Virus record (IMG/VR): IMGVR_UViG_3300021599_002910
Span: 1-64,000 of that record
DNA: 64,000 bases
Direction: 5' to 3' (one strand)
Origin: an uncultured virus (IMG/VR IMGVR_UViG_3300021599_002910)
Lineage: Duplodnaviria; Heunggongvirae; Uroviricota; Caudoviricetes
In this document: piece by piece, positions 57,772 through 64,000 of the stretch
Numbering within the stretch: position 1 is the stretch's first letter
Layout of the letters: the number at the start of each line of letters is the position of its first letter
Position numbers and translations under genes: made by a program
The notes under the pieces: model-generated
What the model was told of the DNA's origin: nothing
The model's input: only the letters and a program-made list of their open reading frames with translations
Database searches by the model: none

Positions 57772-58952
57772 GAAAATTTAGGATAGGAAACGTTAGTTCT
57801 AATTGCATCGTCCACACACTTGAATTGATTTATACGGTCGTTAGTTCTACTAATTAAACGCAAATTGTCCATTATCCCTTCTTCTTGACCCGATATTGTT
57901 CCATGAGTTCCTGTTAGGTAAGGTAAATAGTTGGGAATTTGTTGTCCGCGATTTACAGTCAATTTACCTGGAAAAACATCCAAATTTTTATTTTTACCAT
58001 AATAAATTTGGTTCCACTTATGTTTTCTGAAAGATTGCCAAGCTGAATCAGAACTGAATGGTTCATAAGTACTATTTGAACAAGGCGCCATGAAATCGGG
58101 TCTGTTAGTTGCACAATATTTTACTAAAATTTTTTCATCTGGATAAGTGTGAGATGCTATTGCCACATCCCATAAATGATTTCCTGTCCCAATATTACCT
58201 ACCCACCCATAAATACCCTTAGTTTTTGCAATTTGATTTACTGAGGGTTGACTACTCAACCCATTTTTTTCTGCTTGTCTGTATTTTGACAACATGTTGT
58301 ATATCACTGCAAGACCTGACCCAATAACAGTTTCCATACCCTTACCATATTTTTTTTCAACACCCGTTTTGGCAAATGTTGATGGCATGAATTCCGCAGG
58401 ACCAAAAGATGGCTCATCAACACCAAATTTTTTAGCAAGCCATTCAGTCCCTTTTGCTGCTGTCCCACTACCAACAATATTTTTTAGAATTCCGTCTACT
58501 GTGTTATAAACATCCCAAGGGTTTATGTATTTTGCAATAGGCTTAATATCATAGAGTTTGTCCGTTTTACCAAAATCAGACTGCCAACCCATAATTGCGA
58601 TGGCAATTTTGGTTAAATAACTCAGTGTTTTTTCATCGACTCCTAAATCTTTCATTAAGTCTTTTTTCTTTGCTGTAACGAATAAAACGAAATATCTCAT
58701 TTGATTGTTTGGTAAGCATTCCATATTAGGTATTTTACTCACCATATTTTCATAATTTGAAAAATCCGTTAGTTTTTTGAACTTAGATTCTTTTTCAAAT
58801 TGTCTGCCTTTCCCTAAATAATCCGAGGGTGCTGTAGATGGGTCAACACCATATCTCGGTTTGATGATTTGTGAAGTGACTTTTTGTTCGTTCATTATTT
58901 TATTAATGATATTAACTAAGTCTGATTCTTTCAATTTGACAATTCTTCCCAT
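57768..58952 (-). CDS. LKESDL-leader protein, paralog of 54637
   Basis: Shared motifs LGVD..TL, SFGPAEF, GTGN..WD.AI..H, YC.T..P..APC. Confidence 0.75.
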   Translation of the reverse strand: MGRIVKLKESDLVNIINKIMNEQKVTSQIIKPRYGVDPSTAPSDYLGKGRQFEKESKFKKLTDFSNYENMVSKIPNMECLPNNQMRYFVLFVTAKKKDLMKDLGVDEKTLSYLTKIAIAIMGWQSDFGKTDKLYDIKPIAKYINPWDVYNTVDGILKNIVGSGTAAKGTEWLAKKFGVDEPSFGPAEFMPSTFAKTGVEKKYGKGMETVIGSGLAVIYNMLSKYRQAEKNGLSSQPSVNQIAKTKGIYGWVGNIGTGNHLWDVAIASHTYPDEKILVKYCATNRPDFMAPCSNSTYEPFSSDSAWQSFRKHKWNQIYYGKNKNLDVFPGKLTVNRGQQIPNYLPYLTGTHGTISGQEEGIMDNLRLISRTNDRINQFKCVDDAIRTNVSYPKFS

Positions 58953-59008
58953 AAAAAATAAATATCATAAATGTTCGTAGTTCAACTTTTATTCGTAATT
59001 TTGTTTTT

Positions 59009-59698
59009 ATGATAAAATATTTAATTCTTTCTTCGGTTTTGGTACTATCTATGTTTTTCGGTAAAAATGTATGTGAAACCAAAAAACAAACCAATGTAAC
59101 CTATCTCTCAGGCATCGACATTTCCAAATATCAAGGTAATATAGATTGGAGTTCAATTGATACAACTAAAGTAAAATTCGTCTTCATAAAGTCATCTGAA
59201 GGTAGTAGTCATAAAGACCGAATGTTCAGAAAAAATCTGAACGGAGCCCTTTCAAGAAAGATAAGGACAAGTGCATATCACAGATTCTCTATTTCAAGCT
59301 CTGGCACCCAACAATTTAAAAACTACAGTGAAATTGTACCAGTTTTAAAAGGGATGTTGCCTCCCTCTATTGATTTATTAAATCTCAGTGTGTGTCCTGA
59401 AGAAAGAAAAGTTCATGTTATTCGAGAATTGAAGGTTTTCACTGATTTGTTAAAAAAGAGATATGGTAAAAGTCCTATATTCTACTTGAATGGAAAAATA
59501 CAATATGATTTCATAAAAGATAATTTTAACGACAATACTTTTTGGTTATTAAAACATGGAAACTCTGAACCATACATTTTTCAAAACCAAGAAAATCAAT
59601 TTTGGCAACACTCAACTACAGGAAGGATTAAGGGAATTAATGGAAACGTTGATATGAATTATTTTAAAGGTACTGTTCAAGATTTACAGAATCTATAA
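59009..59698 (+). CDS. GH25 lysozyme-like protein
   Basis: GIDISKYQGNIDW, FVFIKSSEG, AYH, FWQH...G.VDMN; DxE reads DLL. Confidence 0.85.
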   Translation: MIKYLILSSVLVLSMFFGKNVCETKKQTNVTYLSGIDISKYQGNIDWSSIDTTKVKFVFIKSSEGSSHKDRMFRKNLNGALSRKIRTSAYHRFSISSSGTQQFKNYSEIVPVLKGMLPPSIDLLNLSVCPEERKVHVIRELKVFTDLLKKRYGKSPIFYLNGKIQYDFIKDNFNDNTFWLLKHGNSEPYIFQNQENQFWQHSTTGRIKGINGNVDMNYFKGTVQDLQNL

Positions 59699-60331
59699 TT
59701 TGAACTTGAGCCCTGTTAATTTTTCTATCACAGATAAAGTTACTTCATTATTTTTGATTCCATCAGGTTTTGACTTATCGTTTTCGAACAGGTAAGACTT
59801 CCAAACGTTCTGCTTTTTAATGTAAATGACCTTCCAGCATTGTTTAGGAACCGAAACCTTTCCAATTTTTTGAATTTCACCGATATTACCACACCACACC
59901 TTTATTGAATCCTGAGTTTTTGCCTCGTCACGAACCAAGGTTTCAAGAGATTTCCAATCTCCAGCATTAAGGCTGTGATATTGTGCGGACATGTTGGAAA
60001 AATAAAAACATTCATCTTGGACTTGTTGAGTTTGACATAAATTGTCCGCAGCTGGCATCATATGACCCCTGTCAAAACCACTACCAACATAATCTTTGGA
60101 AATGTCAGTATCAACAACTAACTTTGGGTCAGGTTTGAAATTATCCTTCCTTTTGAGTGGTGTCGGGCAATCAACCATTTTTTTTGTAACCCACCATTCA
60201 ACAAGAACCGGATATTTTTTAGATTTAGAAAATACTGTAGTATAGTTTGTGTGTTTTATTCTTACAGTGTCTTGAGCGTTTGAGAAAATAAAACTCAAAC
60301 AAAGAATCGGAAATAATATCAAATTTTTCAT
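59693..60331 (-). CDS. secreted DNA/RNA non-specific endonuclease (NucA-like)
   Basis: Signal peptide; GFDRGHMMPA, FYFSNM.Q...LN.G.W..LE. Confidence 0.9.
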   Translation of the reverse strand: MKNLILFPILCLSFIFSNAQDTVRIKHTNYTTVFSKSKKYPVLVEWWVTKKMVDCPTPLKRKDNFKPDPKLVVDTDISKDYVGSGFDRGHMMPAADNLCQTQQVQDECFYFSNMSAQYHSLNAGDWKSLETLVRDEAKTQDSIKVWCGNIGEIQKIGKVSVPKQCWKVIYIKKQNVWKSYLFENDKSKPDGIKNNEVTLSVIEKLTGLKFKL

Positions 60332-60453
60332 AAAAATAAATATCAAAAATTTGACCGATTGAAAAAGATTCTTTAATTTTGTAATGAGTTTGAAACTTAT
60401 AGGCGATGAAAGACACTCGGTATTCAAATTCAAAAAAAAAGTTCTTACAAATG

Positions 60454-60484
60454 TTGGTGGTCTAATAAAGATTTATTATTTTTG
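60454..60484 (+). promoter_or_regulatory. Bacteroidetes-type promoter for the tRNA-like gene
   Basis: TTG-N20-TATTTTTG. Confidence 0.6.
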
Positions 60485-60494
60485 TAAGACAATT

Positions 60495-60583
60495 GGTTGA
60501 GGTAGCTCAGTAACTCTTCGGGGTTTAAGGTAGAGCAGCGGTATGAAAGCCGTGTGCCAGTGGTTCGACTCCACTCCCAACCA
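60495..60583 (+). tRNA. non-canonical tRNA-like gene (GAA/Phe-like anticodon uncertain)
   Basis: TAGCTCAG...GGTAGAGC D arm; AGTGG-TTCGACT-CCACT T arm; GGTTG(A)GG/CCCAACC acceptor; hairpin insert in D loop; 6-nt anticodon loop. Confidence 0.65.
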
Positions 60584-60620
60584 CGAAATTTTCAGATTTT
60601 ATCTGAATCTTTTGAAAAGA

Positions 60621-60652
60621 TTTGGAATTTAATTTTATCTTTCTTATCTTTG
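60621..60652 (+). promoter_or_regulatory. Bacteroidetes-type promoter upstream of a non-coding unit
   Basis: TTTG-N20-TATCTTTG. Confidence 0.65.
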
Positions 60653-60660
60653 TAAAACAA

Positions 60661-60968
60661 ATGGACAGCGGAATGGTTTTTCATGTGGTGGTTCCCCATA
60701 CTCACCCGACCTATTTTCTTCTCCGCTCTATAAATTAGAAAAAAAAGGTTTATCAAAACACGGGAGGTTTACGAAGAAAGGTCATTCTAGTTTCATCCTT
60801 AATAAACTAACAACCACGTCTTTTTTTGAATGTTTTGAGACATGTATCCAAAACAGGAGTTGTCCACTCCCACGGGTTTATTGGTCTTTAGCCCCTCAGT
60901 TCAAAAAAAATCCGACCAAAATTTTCTCGACGGAGAATCGAGGGGACACGACGGTGTCCCCTTTTTTT
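60661..60968 (+). ncRNA. candidate structured ncRNA (rod-like core 60662-60866)
   Basis: Promoter before, terminator after; nested complementarities TGGACAGC/GTTGTCCA, ATGTGGTGGTT/AACAACCACGT, GACCT..TTCTTC/GAAGAAAGGTC. Confidence 0.5.
60941..60968 (+). terminator. Rho-independent terminator
   Basis: AGGGGACAC-gacg-GTGTCCCCT followed by a T tract. Confidence 0.85.
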
Positions 60969-60991
60969 ATACTCTTGTTCTATTTATTTAC

Positions 60992-61558
60992 ATGGCGTGT
61001 AACTATTACGAAATTACCAATTTTAACAGTGTTGAGGATGGGTATTACAGATGGACAGGATGTACAGGTGGAATCATCAGTGTCAATTCATTAAGTCCGT
61101 TAGATAGGGTCTTAGTTTGTGCTGAAGATTTGATTCAGGAAGATTATGGTGCACCACTCACAATTATTAATACAGGACTTTGTCCTTCATCAACACCTAC
61201 GCCCACGATGACATCATCAATGACACCTACTCCGACAGTTACACCAACACAACATAGCCCAACCCCGACAGCCACAAACACCCCGACACCAACACTCACC
61301 CCAACACCCATATTCATGGAAAGGTTAATCACGGGTGGTTGGTATCAAGATGTTTGTAATTCTATTCATTTTGGAACTCCAAGTAATGTTACAATTTATT
61401 CATACAAACCATTTACAGAACTTAGACAAGGAGACCAAGTTTTCGGAAATAAAGAACTAACAATCCCCCCGATAGGTGCGGAATTTACAATCACAGATGG
61501 GGCCACATTCATTCAAGTGGTAGGAACGAACATTGTGAATTGGGGACAATGTTATTAA
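60992..61558 (+). CDS. Pro/Thr-rich (TPTPT) virion-surface-like protein
   Basis: Start MACNYYE after TATTTAT; Cys-containing beta domains joined by a TPTPT linker. Confidence 0.7.
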   Translation: MACNYYEITNFNSVEDGYYRWTGCTGGIISVNSLSPLDRVLVCAEDLIQEDYGAPLTIINTGLCPSSTPTPTMTSSMTPTPTVTPTQHSPTPTATNTPTPTLTPTPIFMERLITGGWYQDVCNSIHFGTPSNVTIYSYKPFTELRQGDQVFGNKELTIPPIGAEFTITDGATFIQVVGTNIVNWGQCY

Positions 61559-61592
61559 AAATAATTTTAGTTTGATAGAATATTTATAAAGG

Positions 61593-62600
61593 ATGGCAAC
61601 ACCCTACGCATACAATCCAAGTCAAATAGTAATCCCTGGAACAACTCAATCAGGAGATTTCGCTATCGGAACTCCAACATCAGGATATACAAACTCTCCA
61701 CAATTTTGGAATGGACCTGATGAAGATTTGGGATACATCATTGCTCAACCAGTACCAGCAGGTAACCAACCAAATCCAGTTGGTATACCCGCCTATTTGG
61801 GGTTTTTTAGAACTGATGGTAAAACTGAAAATAAATTCATTGAATTGGCGAGTAGTGTTGCTGGTCAGACCTTTACAGGGTCTACCCAAGCTCTGAATTG
61901 GATTAGTGCCAACGGATACTATACAACATTCACAGGTTCAGGTATAGTGACATCTGACTTACAACTTTATTTGACTGCTGGTAATGTAGCCTCATATCCT
62001 GGTTCAGGGATAAATTGGTATGATTTATCTCCAAACGCTTATACCGCAACACTAACAAATGGGGTTGGATATTCTGCGATAAATGGAGGAACTTTAACTT
62101 TTGCGGGAACTCAATATGTTGATACAAATAACTTCCTCAACGCTGAAACTTTTAGCGTTTCTGTTTGGTATAAAACATCACAAGGTGGGATACAAATGAT
62201 TATTTCCAAAGAAACTAATGGTGGATACCCATGGAATTACAGAATTTGGCTAAATGGTGGTCAAATTATAGGGGACATTAGGCAGAGTAGTGGAATAAGT
62301 CAATCAATAAACTCACCACTTTCTTCATACAACAATGGTAATTGGTATAATGTAGTTTTTACTAGAAATAGTTCAACTATGAAATTGTATGTGAATGGTG
62401 TGGAAATCAGTAGTGTTGCAAATACTTTAGTTGGTTCAATTACTAATAACCAAACTGCTTGGATTGGAAAATCTGCATATTTGGGTGGAAGTTATCAATT
62501 CACAGGTAATGTGTCTGAGGTTATGATATACTACGATGTTTTGACAGCCTCAGAAGTAGTACAAAATTTTGACGCAACCAAAACAAGATTTGGTTTCTAA
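61593..62600 (+). CDS. LamG/concanavalin-like domain protein (tail or capsid decoration)
   Basis: SYPGSG..WYDLS, WYNVVFTR...LYVNG, IY..VLTA.EV.QNF.A.K.RFG. Confidence 0.8.
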   Translation: MATPYAYNPSQIVIPGTTQSGDFAIGTPTSGYTNSPQFWNGPDEDLGYIIAQPVPAGNQPNPVGIPAYLGFFRTDGKTENKFIELASSVAGQTFTGSTQALNWISANGYYTTFTGSGIVTSDLQLYLTAGNVASYPGSGINWYDLSPNAYTATLTNGVGYSAINGGTLTFAGTQYVDTNNFLNAETFSVSVWYKTSQGGIQMIISKETNGGYPWNYRIWLNGGQIIGDIRQSSGISQSINSPLSSYNNGNWYNVVFTRNSSTMKLYVNGVEISSVANTLVGSITNNQTAWIGKSAYLGGSYQFTGNVSEVMIYYDVLTASEVVQNFDATKTRFGF

Positions 62601-62623
62601 TTTTATTTACTATTTATTCATAT

Positions 62624-63991
62624 ATGAGAGATTTGATTAAAAAATTACTAAGGGAAGAAGTTGACAGGAAAGAACTCGAAACAAAAATCCGAAGATGGGT
62701 TGGTGATACAGATGACCCCGAGGTAGGTAATAGATTGAAGAATATTCAAGCAAAGTTACAACTCAAAATACCAATTGAAGATGACGAGTATGTTTTTTTC
62801 GAAGATTTTTTGAAAAATGAAATACAGAGGAGAAAAACTTCTACAAATACAATGTCTGGAAAAATGATGAGGACAAAGCAGAATTTTTTCAATCCACCAA
62901 AAGACCAACAAAACAAAATTACAGAATTAGGAAGAAAGGCTTATTTAGATTTAATACAAACAAATCTCTCAGTTTTCTTTAACCAAGCTTTTAATCCCAA
63001 ATTTAATATGAGAATAGGAAAGCCAGGGAAAGGATGGTTCAAACAAAATCTAATTTTATTAAATCGTTTCGAAAAAGATGTTGAACCTTGGAAAAATAAT
63101 TTTGTAAAATGGGTAGAAGGCCCTGCTATGACCATCGGTGAGAAAATAACCGAACTAAAAAATAAGTTGGAAAATGAAAATTGGTTTGGACTCATCGAAG
63201 AGGATGATTGGAGTATTCTGAACCATGTAGATACAAACTACACATTTTGGGCGGACGAAATAACAAAAAGACAAGAAGGTGGAGACTTACCTATGGGTTC
63301 GGACATTAAAGTTATCGAATTATATTTCACCCCAAAAAGACTCGAATCTGCTCTACCTAAAAAATGGCAACCTATTTTGGATAGAATGATGAAAGAAAAA
63401 AATGTCGACATAAAGTCAATCAGTATGGCTCATGTGGATTTATTGGAAAAATTTCATGAAGAAAAAGAGAAAGATTTTCAGGATATGAAAAGAAAACTGA
63501 AATTTACTACAACACTTGGTGAGACGGCTGAAAAAAACTTTGTTGATTTAATCCAAAATGCTCCAACTAAAGTTACTGAAATAAAGAAATATTCTACATG
63601 GGGTAATGTAATTGATATGGTATTTGGTGTTGATATGACAGCAAAATTTATTGACGGATTCAGATTAGTTCAAGTTAAAAATGGAGAAGGTAAAGCCAAA
63701 AGTGCTTTTGTTAAGAGTCTGAAAATCCCTTATCTCTCTGTATTTCCAGGAAGACTTCCTGAGCCAGGTGTTAGAAGAAGAAAAAACCCTTATGAATTTT
63801 TATATTTTTCCGAACAAAATAACAAAGAATCCAAAAGTTTCAATCAGAATTATCTAAGAACAGACAAAGAAGTTGATTTACCTTTGTCGGATGAAGAAAA
63901 AAAAGCTAAGTATTCAGAAAAAGAAATAAGGGCTTTGGAAAAAGTTTTAGGAAAAACTTTACCCGACGATTATTTTGCTATGAACAAATAA
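62624..63991 (+). CDS. leader-bearing protein with possible PD-(D/E)xK nuclease C-terminus
   Basis: MRDLIKKLLREE; G...E...IDM.FGVD...VQVK. Confidence 0.6.
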   Translation: MRDLIKKLLREEVDRKELETKIRRWVGDTDDPEVGNRLKNIQAKLQLKIPIEDDEYVFFEDFLKNEIQRRKTSTNTMSGKMMRTKQNFFNPPKDQQNKITELGRKAYLDLIQTNLSVFFNQAFNPKFNMRIGKPGKGWFKQNLILLNRFEKDVEPWKNNFVKWVEGPAMTIGEKITELKNKLENENWFGLIEEDDWSILNHVDTNYTFWADEITKRQEGGDLPMGSDIKVIELYFTPKRLESALPKKWQPILDRMMKEKNVDIKSISMAHVDLLEKFHEEKEKDFQDMKRKLKFTTTLGETAEKNFVDLIQNAPTKVTEIKKYSTWGNVIDMVFGVDMTAKFIDGFRLVQVKNGEGKAKSAFVKSLKIPYLSVFPGRLPEPGVRRRKNPYEFLYFSEQNNKESKSFNQNYLRTDKEVDLPLSDEEKKAKYSEKEIRALEKVLGKTLPDDYFAMNK

Positions 63992-64000
63992 TCTTTATTT

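Larger units (their letters stand above)
1014..62617. promoter_or_regulatory. dispersed TATTTAT(A) motif, putative phage late promoter
   Basis: Typically 4-25 nt upstream of the start of roughly 45-50 genes, on the coding strand for both orientations; back-to-back divergent copies at 57454-57473. Confidence 0.75.

Noticed and set aside
60842..60991. ORF-track N-terminal extension of the TPTPT protein
   Set aside because: It runs through a strong terminator; the TATTTAT-linked ATG at 60992 is more plausible.
1112..63195. Numerous short antisense or alternate-frame ORFs in the track (e.g. 1112-1528, 6199-6576, 19377-19865, 29440-29841, 38687-39085)
   Set aside because: They are shadows overlapping better-supported genes and have no promoters or motifs.
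1..64000. Stop-codon reassignment (alternative genetic code)
   Set aside because: Recognisable genes (glf, umuC, cyclophilin) are full length in code 11, and TAA, TAG and TGA all act as stops.
1..64000. Diversity-generating retroelement, retron or self-splicing intron
   Set aside because: No reverse transcriptase motif, no TR/VR pair with adenine-specific differences, and no interrupted conserved gene seen.

Overview
This window looks like part of a large (jumbo-type) tailed bacteriophage genome, probably infecting Bacteroidetes. It is AT-rich and densely coding in code 11, lacks Shine-Dalgarno sites, and has several TTTG-N19/20-TAnnTTTG Bacteroidetes-type promoters. No core capsid, terminase or replicative polymerase genes are visible, so this is an accessory region. 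Recognisable genes: glycosyltransferases, UDP-galactopyranose mutase (glf), a split umuD/umuC (Pol V-like) pair, four sulfotransferase-like genes, cyclophilin, DoxX, a flavodoxin-2 oxidoreductase, a hotdog thioesterase, two GIY-YIG/T5orf172 nucleases, a NucA-type nuclease and many peptidoglycan-acting enzymes. The dominant pattern is a TATTTAT motif just upstream of roughly 45-50 genes on both strands. Many genes begin with one of about six recurrent N-terminal leaders containing (I/L)xE, fused to unrelated cargo domains, and two blocks of them sit in cassette-like arrays separated by conserved junction repeats. Non-coding highlights: a ~190-nt structured RNA behind a DIP1984/DUF6847-like gene, two covarying hairpins around the GIY-YIG genes, a DnaA-box/iteron/G-run region (candidate origin or terminus), a non-canonical tRNA-like gene and a rod-shaped candidate ncRNA. 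All calls were made by eye without database searches. Several starts were moved downstream of the ORF-track starts to the ATG that follows the promoter motif.
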